This document shows positions 24,701 to 39,320 of a DNA stretch of 64,000 nt, one piece after another. Made by a program: the position numbers and the translations under genes. How positions within the stretch are numbered: the stretch's first letter is position 1; each line of letters starts with the position of its first letter. This stretch comes from Auanema rhodensis (Eukaryota > Animalia > Nematoda), in the NCBI GenBank assembly GCA_964057225.1, contig OZ059897.1, positions 19,220,001 to 19,284,000 of the forward strand, read 5' to 3'. Below the pieces are notes generated by a model. It saw nothing but the letters and a program-made list of their open reading frames with translations. It was not told the DNA's origin and made no database searches.

Positions 24701-27388
24701 GATATCTCGGTGCATTTTTAAGCTAGCGCAAATCTGATAACACAGATCGACGCAGCTTAAAAATCCGCATCGAATGCACTATACTACATTGAGAAACGCT
24801 TAATACAAAAATTAGTTATGATCGTTTGAAAAATGATGCATTAGTGTATGTTGAGTTTCCATGTACACTCAACATTGCTTCCAAAAACATTTTGACAAAA
24901 ATTTTTTCGAAAAATTTCAGAATAATTTAGCAAAAAGTAGATGTTTTTAGATTCCATTTTTCAAGGCAAAGACGATGGACAATGTTATTCAACGAAAAAA
25001 TTAATTCTTCAGGGTGAAAATCGAGGATATAAGTGTGAACTTATATCAGTTGATATCTCGGTGCATTTTTAAGCTAGCGCAAATCTGATAACACAGATCG
25101 ACGCAGCTTAAAAATCCGGATCGAATGCACTATACTACATTGAAGAACGCTTAATACAAAAATTAGTTATGATCGTTTGAAAAATGATGCATTAGTGTAT
25201 GTTGAGTTTCCATGTACACTCAACATTGCTTCCAAAAACATTTTGACAAAAATTTTTTCGAAAAATTTCAAAATAATTTAGCAAAAAGTAGATGTTTTTA
25301 GATTCCATTTTTCAAGGCAAAGACGATGGACAATGTTATTCAACGAAAAAATTAATTCTTCAGGGTGAAAATCGAGGATATAAGTGTGAACTTATATCAG
25401 TTGATATCTCGGTGCATTTTTAAGCTAGCGCAAATCTGATAACACAGATCGACGCAGCTTAAAAATCCGGATCGAATGCACTATACTACATTAAGAAACG
25501 CTTGATACAAAAATTAGTTATAATCGTTTGAAAAATGATGCATTAGTGTATGTTGAATTTCCATGTACACTCAACATTGCTTCCAAAAACATTTTGACAA
25601 AAATTTTTTCGAAAAATTTCAAAATAATTTAGCAAAAAGTAGAAGTTTTTAGATTCCTTTTTTCAAGGCAAAGACGATGGACAATGTTATTCAACGAAAA
25701 AATTAATTCTTCAGGGTGAAAATCGAGGATATAAGTGTGAACTTATATCAGTTGATATCTCGGTGCATTTTTAAGCTAGCGCAAATCTGATAACACAGAT
25801 CGACGCAGCTTAAAAATCCGCATCGAATGCACTATACTACATTGAGAAACGCTTAATACGAAAATTAGTTATGATCGTTTGAAAAATGATGCATTAGTGT
25901 ATGTTGAGTTTTCATGTACACTCAACATTGCTTCCAAAAACATTTTGACAAAAATTTTTTCGAAAAATTTCAAAATAATTTAGCAAAAAGTAGAAGTTTT
26001 TAGATTCCTTTTTCCAAGGCAAAGACGATGGACAATGTTATTCAACGAAAAAATTAATTCTTCAGGGTGAAAATCGAGGATATAAGTGTGAACTTATATC
26101 AGTTGATATCTCGGTGCATTTTTAAGCTAGCGCAAATCTGATAACACAGATCGACGCAGCTTGAAAATCCGCATCGAATGCACTATACTACATTGAGAAA
26201 CGCTTAATACAAAAATTAGTTATGATCGTTTGAAAAATGATGCATTAGTGTATGTTGAGTTTCCATGTACACTCAACATTGCTTCCAAAAACATTTTGAC
26301 AAAAATTTTTTCGAAAAATTTCAAAATAATTTAGCAAAAAGTAGATGTTTTTAGATTCCATTTTTCAAGGCAAAGACGATGGACAATGTTATTCAACGAA
26401 AAAATTAATTCTTCAGGGTGAAAATCGAGGATATAAGTGTAAACTTATATCAGTTGATATCTCGGTGCATTTTTAAGCTAGCGCAAATCTGATAACACAG
26501 ATCGACGCAGCTTAAAAATCCGCATCGAATGCACTATACTACATTGAGAAACGCTTAATACAAAAATTAGTTATGATCGTTTGAAAAATGATGCATTAGT
26601 GTATGTTGAGTTTCCATGTACACTCAACATTGCTTCCAAAAACATTTTGACAAAAATTTTTTCGAAAAATTTCAAAATAATTTAGCAAAAAGTAGATGTT
26701 TTTAGATTCCATTTTTCAAGGCAAAGACGATGGACAATGTTATTCAACGAAAAAATTAATTCTTCAGGGTGAAAATCGAGGATATAAGTGTGAACTTATA
26801 TCAGTTGATATCTCGGTGCATTTTTAAGCTAGCGCAAATCTGATAACACAGATCGACGCAGCTTAAAAATCCGGATCGAATGCACTATACTACATTAAGA
26901 AACGCTTGATACAAAAATTAGTTATGATCGTTTGAAAAATGATGCATTAGTGTATGTTGAGTTTCCATGTACACTCAACATTGCTTCCAAAAACATTTTG
27001 ACAAAAATTTTTTCGAAAAATTTCAAAATAATTTAGCAAAAAGTAGATGTTTTTAGATTCCTTTTTTCAAGGCAAAGACGATGGACAATGTTATTCAACG
27101 AAAAAATTAATTCTTCAGGGTGAAAATCGAGGATATAAGTGTAAACTTATATCAGTTGATATCTCGGTGCATTTTTAAGCTAGCGCAAATCTGATAACAC
27201 AGATCGACGCAGCTTAAAAATCCGCATCGAATGCACTATACTACATTGAGAAACGCTTAATACAAAAATTAGTTATGATCGTTTGAAAAATGATGCATTA
27301 GTGTATGTTGAGTTTCCATGTACACTCAACATTGCTTCCAAAAACATTTTGACAAAAATTTTTTCGAAAAATTTCAAAATAATTTAGC

Positions 27389-30300
27389 AAAAAGTAGATG
27401 TTTTTAGATTCCATTTTTCAAGGCAAAGACGATGGACAATGTTATTCAACGAAAAAATTAATTCTTCAGGGTGAAAATCGAGGATATAAGTGTGAACTTA
27501 TATCAGTTGATATCTCGGTGCATTTTTAAGCTAGCGCAAATCTGATAACACAGATCGACGCAGCTTAAAAATCCGGATCGAATGCACTATACTACATTAA
27601 GAAACGCTTGATACAAAAATTAGTTATGATCGTTTGAAAAATGATGCATTAGTGTATGTTGAGTTTCCATGTACACTCAACATTGCTTCCAAAAACATTT
27701 TGACAAAAATTTTTTCGAAAAATTTCAAAATAATTTAGCAAAAAGTAGATGTTTTTAGATTCCTTTTTTCAAGGCAAAGACGATGGACAATGTTATTCAA
27801 CGAAAAAATTAATTCTTCAGGGTGAAAATCGAGGATATAAGTGTGAACTTATATCAGTTGATATCTCGGTGCATTTTTAAGCTAGCGCAAATCTGATAAC
27901 ACAGATCGACGCAGCTTAAAAATCCGCATCGAATGCACTATACTACATTGAGAAACGCTTAATACGAAAATTAGTTATGATCGTTTGAAAAATGATGCAT
28001 TAGTGTATGTTGAGTTTCCATGTACACTCAACATTGCTTCCAAAAACATTTTGACAAAAATTTTTTCGAAAAATTTCAAAATAATTTAGCAAAAAGTAGA
28101 TGTTTTTAGATTCCTTTTTTCAAGGCAAAGACGATGGACAATGTTATTTAACGAAAAAATTAATTCTTCAGGGTGAAAATCGAGGATATAAGTGTAAACT
28201 TATATCAGTTGATATCTCGGTGCATTTTTAAGCTAACGCAAATCTGTTAACAGAGATCGACGCAGCTTAAAAATCCGCATCGAATGCACTATACTACATT
28301 GAGAAACGCTTAATACAAAAATTAGTTATGATCGTTTGAAAAATGATGCATTAGTGTATGTTGAGTTTCCATGTACACTCAACATTGCTTCCAAAAACAT
28401 TTTGACAAAAATTTTTTCGAAAAATTTCAAAATAATTTAGCAAAAAGTAGATGTTTTTAGATTCCATTTTTCAAGGCAAAGACGATGGACAATGTTATTC
28501 AACGAAAAAATTAATTCTTCAGGGTGAAAATCGAGGATATAAGTGTGAACTTATATCAGTTGATATCTCGGTGCATTTTTAAGCTAGCGCAAATCTGATA
28601 ACACAGATCGACGCAGCTTAAAAATCCGCATCGAATGCACTATACTACATTGAGAAACGCTTAATACAAAAATTAGTTATGATCGTTTGAAAAATGATGC
28701 ATTAGTGTATGTTGAGTTTCCATGTACACTCAACATTGCTTCCAAAAACATTTTGACAAAAATTTTTTCGAAAAATTTCAAAATAATTTAGCAAAAAGTA
28801 GATGTTTTTAGATTCCTTTTTTCAAGGTAAAGACGATGGACAATGTTATTTAACGAAAAAATTAATTCTTCAGGGTGAAAATCGAGGATATAAGTGTGAA
28901 CTTATATCAGTTGATATCTCGGTGCATTTTTAAGCTAGCGCAAATCTGATAACACAGATCGACGCAGCTTAAAAATCCGCATCGAATGCACTATACTACA
29001 TTGAGAAACGCTTAATACAGAAATTAGTTATGATCGTTTGAAAAATGATGCATTAGTGTATGTTGAGTTTCCATGTACACTCAACATTGCTTCCAAAAAC
29101 ATTTTGACAAAAATTTTTTCGAAAAATTTCAAAATAATTTAGCGAAAAGTAGATGTTTTTAGATTCCTTTTTTCAAGGCAAAGACGATGGACAATGTAAT
29201 TCAACGAAAAAATTAATTCTTCAGGGTGAAAATCGAGGATATAAGTGTAAACTTATATCAGTTGATATCTCGGTGCATTTTTAAGCTAGCGCAAATCTGA
29301 TAACACAGATCGACGCAGCTTAAAAATCCGCATCGAATGCACTATACTACATTGAGAAACGCTTAATACAGAAATTAGTTATGATCGTTTGAAAAATGAT
29401 GCATTAGTGTATGTTGAGTTTCCATGTACACTCAACATTGCTTCCAAAAACATTTTGACAAAAATTTTTTCGAAAAATTTCAAAATAATTTAGCAAAAAG
29501 TAGATGTTTTTAGATTTCTTTTTTCAAGGCAAAGACGATGGACAATGTAATTCAACGAAAAAATTAATTCTTCAGGGTGAAAATCGAGGATATAAGTGTA
29601 AACTTATATCAGTTGATATCTCGGTGCATTTTTAAGCTAGCGCAAATCTGATAACACAGATCGACGCAGCTTAAAAATCCGCATCGAATGCACTATACTA
29701 CATTGAGAAATGCTTAATACAGAAATTAGTTATGATCGTTTGAAAAATGATGCATTAGTGTATGTTGAGTTTCCATGTACACTCAACATTGCTTCCAAAA
29801 ACATTTTGACAAAAATTTTTTCGAAAAATTTCAAAATAATTTAGCGAAAAGTAGATGTTTTTAGATTCCTTTTTTCAAGGCAAAGACGATGGACAATGTT
29901 ATTTAACGAAAAAATTAATTCTTCAGGGTGAAAATCGAGGATATAAGTGTAAACTTATATCAGTTGATATCTCGGTGCATTTTTAAGCTAGCGCAAATCT
30001 GATAACACAGATCGACGCAGCTTAAAAATCCGCATCGAATGCACTATACTACATTGAGAAACGCTTAATACAAAAATTAGTTATGATCGTTTGAAAAATG
30101 ATGCATTAGTGTATGTTGAGTTTCCATGTACACTCAACATTGCTTCCAAAAACATTTTGACAAAAATTTTTTCGAAAAATTTCAAAATAATTTAGCAAAA
30201 AGTAGATGTTTTTAGATTCCTTTTTTCAAGGCAAAGACGATGGACAATGTTATTTAACGAAAAAATTAATTCTTCAGGGTGAAAATCGAGGATATAAGTG

Positions 30301-33300
30301 TGAACTTATATCAGTTGATATCTCGGTGCATTTTTAAGCTAGCGCAAATCTGATAACACAGATCGACGCAGCTTAAAAATCCGGATCGAATGCACTATAC
30401 TACATTAAGAAACGCTTGATACAAAAATTAGTTATGATCGTTTGAAAAATGATGCATTAGTGTATGTTGAGTTTCCATGTACACTCAACATTGCTTCCAA
30501 AAACATTTTGACAAAAATTTTTTCGAAAAATTTCAAAATAATTTAGCAAAAAGTAGATGTTTTTAGATTCCTTTTTTCAAGGCAAAGACGATGGACAATG
30601 TTATTCAACGAAAAAATTAATTCTTCAGGGTGAAAATCGAGGATATAAGTGTGAACTTATATCAGTTGATATCTCGGTGCATTTTTAAGCTAGCGCAAAT
30701 CTGATAACACAGATCGACGCAGCTTAAAAATCCGCATCGAATGCACTATACTACATTGAGAAACGCTTAATACAAAAATTAGTTATGATCGTTTGAAAAA
30801 TGATGCATTAGTGTATGTTGAGTTTCCATGTACACTCAACATTGCTTCCAAAAACATTTTGACAAAAATTTTTTCGAAAAATTTCAAAATAATTTAGCAA
30901 AAAGTAGATGTTTTTAGATTCCTTTTTTCAAGGCAAAGACGATGGACAATGTTATTTAACGAAAAAATTAATTCTTCAGGGTGAAAATCGAGGATATAAG
31001 TGTGAACTTATATCAGTTGATATCTCGGTGCATTTTTAAGCTAGCGCAAATCTGATAACACAGATCGACGCAGCTTAAAAATCCGGATCGAATGCACTAT
31101 ACTACATTAAGAAACGCTTGATAGAAAAATTAGTTATGATCGTTTGAAAAATGATGCATTAGTGTATGTTGAGTTTCCATGTACACTCAACATTGCTTCC
31201 AAAAACATTTTGACAAAAATTTTTTCGAAAAATTTCAAAATAATTTAGCAAAAAGTAGATGTTTTTAGATTCCTTTTTTCAAGGCAAAGACGATGGACAA
31301 TGTTATTCAACGAAAAAATTAATTCTTCAGGGTGAAAATCGAGGATATAAGTGTGAACTTATATCAGTTGATATCTCGGTGCATTTTTAAGCTAGCGCAA
31401 ATCTGATAACACAGATCGACGCAGCTTAAAAATCCGCATCGAATGCACTATACTACATTGAGAAACGCTTAATACGAAAATTAGTTATGATCGTTTGAAA
31501 AATGATGCATTAGTGTATGTTGAGTTTCCATGTACACTCAACATTGCTTCCAAAAACATTTTGACAAAAATTTTTTCGAAAAATTTCAAAATAATTTAGC
31601 AAAAAGTAGATGTTTTTAGATTCCTTTTTTCAAGGCAAAGACGATGGACAATGTTATTTAACGAAAAAATTAATTCTTCAGGGTGAAAATCGAGGATATA
31701 AGTGTAAACTTATATCAGTTGATATCTCGGTGCATTTTTAAGCTAACGCAAATCTGTTAACAGAGATCGACGCAGCTTAAAAATCCGCATCGAATGCACT
31801 ATACTACATTGAGAAACGCTTAATACAAAAATTAGTTATGATCGTTTGAAAAATGATGCATTAGTGTATGTTGAGTTTCCATGTACACTCAACATTGCTT
31901 CCAAAAACATTTTGACAAAAATTTTTTCGAAAAATTTCAAAATAATTTAGCAAAAAGTAGATGTTTTTAGATTCCATTTTTCAAGGCAAAGACGATGGAC
32001 AATGTTATTCAACGAAAAAATTAATTCTTCAGGGTGAAAATCGAGGATATAAGTGTGAACTTATATCAGTTGATATCTCGGTGCATTTTTAAGCTAGCGC
32101 AAATCTGATAACACAGATCGACGCAGCTTAAAAATCCGCATCGAATGCACTATACTACATTGAGAAACGCTTAATACAAAAATTAGTTATGATCGTTTGA
32201 AAAATGATGCATTAGTGTATGTTGAGTTTCCATGTACACTCAACATTGCTTCCAAAAACATTTTGACAAAAATTTTTTCGAAAAATTTCAAAATAATTTA
32301 GCAAAAAGTAGATGTTTTTAGATTCCTTTTTTCAAGGTAAAGACGATGGACAATGTTATTTAACGAAAAAATTAATTCTTCAGGGTGAAAATCGAGGATA
32401 TAAGTGTGAACTTATATCAGTTGATATCTCGGTGCATTTTTAAGCTAGCGCAAATCTGATAACACAGATCGACGCAGCTTAAAAATCCGCATCGAATGCA
32501 CTATACTACATTGAGAAACGCTTAATACAGAAATTAGTTATGATCGTTTGAAAAATGATGCATTAGTGTATGTTGAGTTTCCATGTACACTCAACATTGC
32601 TTCCAAAAACATTTCGACAAAAATTTTTTCGAAAAATTTCAAAATAATTTAGCGAAAAGTAGATGTTTTTAGATTCCTTTTTTCAAGGCAAAGACGATGG
32701 CCAATGTAATTCAACGAAAAAATTAATTCTTCAGGGTGAAAATCGAGGATATAAGTGTAAACTTATATCAGTTGATATCTCGGTGCATTTTTAAGCTAGC
32801 GCAAATCTGATAACACAGATCGACGCAGCTTAAAAATGCGCATCGAATGCACTATACTACATTGAGAAACGCTTAATACAGAAATTAGTTATGATCGTTT
32901 GAAAAATGATGCATTAGTGTATGTTGAGTTTCCATGTACACTCAACATTGCTTCCAAAAACATTTTGACAAAAATTTTTTCGAAAAATTTCAAAATAATT
33001 TAGCAAAAAGTAGATGTTTTTAGATTTCTTTTTTCAAGGCAAAGACGATGGACAATGTAATTCAACGAAAAAATTATTTCTTCAGGGTGAAAATCGAGGA
33101 TATAAGTGTAAACTTATATCAGTTGATATCTCGGTGCATTTTTAAGCTAGCGCAAATCTGATAACACAGATCGACGCAGCTTAAAAATCCGCATCGAATG
33201 CACTATACTACATTGAGAAATGCTTAATACAGAAATTAGTTATGATCGTTTGAAAAATGATGCATTAGTGTATGTTGAGTTTCCATGTACACTCAACATT

Positions 33301-36300
33301 GCTTCCAAAAACATTTTGACAAAAATTTTTTCGAAAAATTTCAAAATAATTTAGCAAAAAGTAGATGTTTTTAGATTCCTTTTTTCAAGGCAAAGACGAT
33401 GGACAATGTTATTTAACGAAAAAATTAATTCTTCAGGGTGAAAATCGAGGATATAAGTGTAAACTTATATCAGTTGATATCTCGGTGCATTTTTAAGCTA
33501 GCGCAAATCTGATAACACAGATCGACGCAGCTTAAAAATCCGCATCGAATGCACTATACTACATTGAGAAACGCTTAATACAAAAATTAGTTATGATCGT
33601 TTGAAAAATGATGCATTAGTGTATGTTGAGTTTCCATGTACACTCAACATTGCTTCCAAAAACATTTTGACAAAAATTTTTTCGAAAAATTTCAAAATAA
33701 TTTAGCAAAAAGTAGATGTTTTTAGATTCCTTTTTTCAAGGCAAAGACGATGGACAATGTTATTTAACGAAAAAATTAATTCTTCAGGGTGAAAATCGAG
33801 GATATAAGTGTAAACTTATATCAGTTGATATCTCGGTGCATTTTTAAGCTAGCGCAAATCTGATAACACAGATCGACGCAGCTTAAAAATCCGCATCGAA
33901 CACTATACTACATTGAGAAACGCTTAATACAAAAATTAGTTATGATCGTTTGAAAAATGATGCATTAGTGTATGTTGAGTTTCCATGTACACTCAACATT
34001 GCTTCCAAAAACATTTTGACAAAAATTTTTTCGAAAAATTTCAAAATAATTTAGCAAAAAGTAGATGTTTTTAGATTCCTTTTTTCAAGGCAAAGACGAT
34101 GGACAATGTTATTTAACGAAAAAATTAATTCTTCAGGGTGAAAATCGAGGATATAAGTGTAAACTTATATCAGTTGATATCTCGGTGCATTTTTAAGCTA
34201 GCGCAAATCTGATAACACAGATCGACGCAGCTTAAAAATCCGCATGGAATGCACTATACTACATTGAGAAACGCTTAATACAGAAATTAGTTATGATCGT
34301 TTGAAAAATGATGCATTAGTGTATGTTGAGTTTCCATGTACACTCAACATTGCTTCCAAAAACATTTTGACAAAAATTTTTTCGAAAAATTTCAAAATAA
34401 TTTAGCAAAAAGTAGATGTTTTTAGATTCCTTTTTTCAAGGCAAAGACGATGGACAATGTTATTTAACGAAAAAATTAATTCTTCAGGGTGAAAATCGAG
34501 GATATAAGTGTAAACTTATATCAGTTGATATCTCGGTGCATTTTTAAGCTAACGCAAATCTGATAACAGAGATCGACGCAGCTTAAAAATCCGCATGGAA
34601 TGCACTATACTACATTGAGAAACGCTTAATACAAAAATTAGTTATGATCGTTTGAAAAATGATGCATTAGTGTATGTTGAGTTTCCATGTACACTCAACA
34701 TTGCTTCCAAAAACATTTTGACAAAAATTTTTTCGAAAAATTTCAAAATAATTTAGCAAAAAGTAGATGTTTTTAGATTCCATTTTTCAAGGCAAAGACG
34801 ATGGACAATGTTATTCAACGAAAAAATTAATTCTTCAGGGTGAAAATCGAGGATATAAGTGTGAACTTATATCAGTTGATATCTCGGTGCATTTTTAAGC
34901 TAGCGCAAATCTGATAACACAGATCGACGCAGCTTAAAAATCCGCATCGAATGCACTATACTACATTGAGAAACGCTTAATACAGAAATTAGTTATGATC
35001 GTTTGAAAAATGATGCATTAGTGTATGTTGAGTTTCCATGTACACTCAACATTGCTTCCAAAAACATTTTGACAAAAATTTTTTCGAAAAATTTCAAAAT
35101 AATTTAGCAAAAAGTAGATGTTTTTAGTTTCCTTTTTTCAAGGCAAAGACGATGGACAATGTAATTCAACGAAAAAATTAATTCTTCAGGGTGAAAATCG
35201 AGGATATAAGTGTAAACTTATATCAGTTGATATCTCGGTGCATTTTTAAGCTAGCGCAAATCTGATAACAGAGATCGACGCAGCTTAAAAATCCGCATCG
35301 AATGCACTATACTACATTGAGAAACGCTTAATACAAAAATTAGTTATGATCGTTTGAAAAATGATGCATTAGTGTATGTTGAGTTTCCATGTACACTCAA
35401 CATTGCTTCCAAAAACATTTTGACAAAAATTTTTTCGAAAAATTTCAAAATAATTTAGCAAAAAGTAGATGTTTTTAGATTCCATTTTTCAAGGCAAAGA
35501 CGATGGACAATGTTATTCAACGAAAAAATTAATTCTTCAGGGTGAAAATCGAGGATATAAGTGTGAACTTATATCAGTTGATATCTCGGTGCATTTTTAA
35601 GCTAGCGCAAATCTGATAACACAGATCGACGCAGCTTAAAAATCCGCATCGAATGCACTATACTACATTGAGAAACGCTTAATACAAAAATTAGTTATGA
35701 TCGTTTGAAAAATGATGCATTAGTGTATGTTGAGTTTCCATGTACACTCAACATTGCTTCCAAAAACATTTTGACAAAAATTTTTTCGAAAAATTTCAAA
35801 ATAATTTAGCAAAAAGTAGATGTTTTTAGATTCCTTTTTTCAAGGTAAAGACGATGGACAATGTTATTTAACGAAAAAATTAATTCTTCAGGGTGAAAAT
35901 CGAGGATATAAGTGTAAACTTATATCAGTTGATATCTCGGTGCATTTTTAAGCTAGCGCAAATCTGATAACACAGATCGACGCAGCTTAAAAATCCGCAT
36001 CGAATGCACTATACTACATTGAGAAACGCTTAATACAGAAATTAGTTATGATCGTTTGAAAAATGATGCATTAGTGTATGTTGAGTTTCCATGTACACTC
36101 AACATTGCTTCCAAAAACATTTTGACAAAAATTTTTTCGAAAAATTTCAAAATAATTTAGCGAAAAGTAGATGTTTTTAGATTCCTTTTTTCAAGGCAAA
36201 GACGATGGACAATGTAATTCAACGAAAAAATTAATTCTTCAGGGTGAAAATCGAGGATATAAGTGTAAACTTATATCAGTTGATATCTCGGTGCATTTTT

Positions 36301-39300
36301 AAGCTAGCGCAAATCTGATAACACAGATCGACGCAGCTTAAAAATCCGCATCGAATGCACTATACTACATTGAGAAACGCTTAATACAGAAATTAGTTAT
36401 GATCGTTTGAAAAATGATGCATTAGTGTATGTTGAGTTTCCATGTACACTCAACATTGCTTCCAAAAACATTTTGACAAAAATTTTTTCGAAAAATTTCA
36501 AAATAATTTAGCGAAAAGTAGATGTTTTTAGATTCCTTTTTTCAAGGCAAAGACGATGGACAATGTAATTCAACGAAAAAATTAATTCTTCAGGGTGAAA
36601 ATCGAGGATATAAGTGTAAACTTATATCAGTTGATATCTCGGTGCATTTTTAAGCTAGCGCAAATCTGATAACACAGATCGACGCAGCTTAAAAATCCGC
36701 ATCGAATGCACTATACTACATTGAGAAACGCTTAATACAGAAATTAGTTATGATTGTTTGAAAAATGATGCATTAGTGTATGTTGAGTTTCCATGTACAC
36801 TCAACATTGCTTCCAAAAACATTTTGACAAAAATTTTTTCGAAAAATTTCAAAATAATTTAGCGAAAAGTAGATGTTTTTAGATTCCTTTTTTCAAGGCA
36901 AAGACGATGGACAATGTAATTCAACGAAAAAATTAATTCTTCAGGGTGAAAATCGAGGATATAAGTGTAAACTTATATCAGTTGATATCTCGGTGCATTT
37001 TTAAGCTAGCGCAAATCTGATAACACAGATCGACGCAGCTTAAAAATCCGCATCGAATGCACTATACTACATTGAGAAACGCTTAATACAGAAATTAGTT
37101 ATGATCGTTTGAAAAATGATGCATTAGTGTATGTTGAGTTTCCATGTACACTCAACATTGCTTCCAAAAACATTTTGACAAAAATTTTTTCGAAAAATTT
37201 CAAAATAATTTAGCAAAAAGTAGATGTTTTTAGATTCCTTTTTTCAAGGCAAAGACGATGGACAATGTAATTCAACGAAAAAATTAATTCTTCAGGGTGA
37301 AAATCGAGGATATAAGTGTAAACTTATATCAGTTGATATCTCGGTGCATTTTTAAGCTAGCGCAAATCTGATAACACAGATCGACGCAGCTTAAAAATCC
37401 GCATCGAATGCACTATACTACATTGAGAAATGCTTAATACAGAAATTAGTTATGATCGTTTGAAAAATGATGCATTAGTGTATGTTGAGTTTCCATGTAC
37501 ACTCAACATTGCTTCCAAAAACATTTTGACAAAAATTTTTTCGAAAAATTTCAAAATAATTTAGCAAAAAGTAGATGTTTTTAGATTCCTTTTTTCAAGG
37601 CAAAGACGATGGACAATGTTATTTAACGAAAAAATTAATTCTTCAGGGTGAAAATCGAGGATATAAGTGTAAACTTATATCAGTTGATATCTCGGTGCAT
37701 TTTTAAGCTAGCGCAAATCTGATAACACAGATCGACGCAGCTTAAAAATCCGCATCGAATGCACTATACTACATTGAGAAACGCTTAATACAAAAATTAG
37801 TTATGATCGTTTGAAAAATGATGCATTAGTGTATGTTGAGTTTCCATGTACACTCAACATTGCTTCCAAAAACATTTTGACAAAAATTTTTTCGAAAAAT
37901 TTCAAAATAATTTAGCAAAAAGTAGATGTTTTTAGATTCCTTTTTTCAAGGCAAAGACGATGGACAATGTTATTTAACGAAAAAATTAATTCTTCAGGGT
38001 GAAAATCGAGGATATAAGTGTAAACTTATATCAGTTGATATCTCGGTGCATTTTTAAGCTAACGCAAATCTGATAACAGAGATCGACGCAGCTTAAAAAT
38101 CCGCATGGAATGCACTATACTACATTGAGAAACGCTTAATACAGAAATTAGTTATGATCGTTTGAAAAATGATGCATTAGTGTATGTTGAGTTTCCATGT
38201 ACACTCAACATTGCTTCCAAAAACATTTTGACAAAAATTTTTTCGAAAAATTTCAAAATAATTTAGCAAAAAGTAGATGTTTTTAGATTCCTTTTTTCAA
38301 GGCAAAGACGATGGACAATGTTATTTAACGAAAAAATTAATTCTTCAGGGTGAAAATCGAGGATATAAGTGTAAACTTATATCAGTTGATATCTCGGTGC
38401 ATTTTTAAGCTAACGCAAATCTGATAACAGAGATCGACGCAGCTTAAAAATCCGCATGGAATGCACTATACTACATTGAGAAACGCTTAATACAAAAATT
38501 AGTTATGATCGTTTGAAAAATGATGCATTAGTGTATGTTGAGTTTCCATGTACACTCAACATTGCTTCCAAAAACATTTTGACAAAAATTTTTTCGAAAA
38601 ATTTCAAAATAATTTAGCAAAAAGTAGATGTTTTTAGATTCCTTTTTTCAAGGCAAAGACGATGGACAATGTAATTCAACGAAAAAATTAATTCTTCAGG
38701 GTGAAAATCGAGGATATAAGTGTGAACTTATATCAGTTGATATCTCGGTGCATTTTTAAGCTAGCGCAAATCTGATAACACAGATCGACGCAGCTTAAAA
38801 ATCCGCATCGAATGCACTATACTACATTGAGAAACGCTTAATACAGAAATTAGTTATGATCGTTTGAAAAATGATGCATTAGTGTATGTTGAGTTTCCAT
38901 GTACACTCAACATTGCTTCCAAAAACATTTTGACAAAAATTTTTTCGAAAAATTTCAAAATAATTTAGCAAAAAGTAGATGTTTTTAGTTTCCTTTTTTC
39001 AAGGCAAAGACGATGGACAATGTAATTCAACGAAAAAATTAATTCTTCAGGGTGAAAATCGAGGATATAAGTGTAAACTTATATCAGTTGATATCTCGGT
39101 GCATTTTTAAGCTAGCGCAAATCTGATAACACAGATCGACGCAGCTTAAAAATCCGCATCGATTGCACTATACTACATTGAGAAACGCTTAATACAGAAA
39201 TTAGTTATGATCGTTTGAAAAATGATGCATTAGTGTATGTTGAGTTTCCATGTACACTCAACATTGCTTCCAAAAACATTTTGACAAAAATTTTTTCGAA

Positions 39301-39320
39301 AAATTTCAGAATAATTTAGC
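27389..39320. repeat. Local ~10-monomer higher-order repeat (period 3,510 bp), two close copies plus a rearranged third
   Basis: CTAACGCAAATCTGTTAACAGAG at ~28233 and ~31743. AAGGTAA at 28828, 32338 and 35846. AGCGAAAAG at 29144, 32654 and 36162. GAAATGC at 29711, 33221 and 37431. Confidence 0.88.

Larger units (their letters stand above)
1..28090. repeat. Proximal variant domain of the array
   Basis: Marker alleles: TATAAAAG (last ~17670), TTCATTTTT, TTCTGATGG, CAGAAT, AGTAGAAG, CATTGAAGAA (last ~25143), CCGGAT, GGGTATATATGTGTGTAC and the TTTTGGAC insertion. The boundary is approximate; CCGGAT and CCATTTTT trail on to ~31.1 and ~35.5 kb. Confidence 0.8.
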
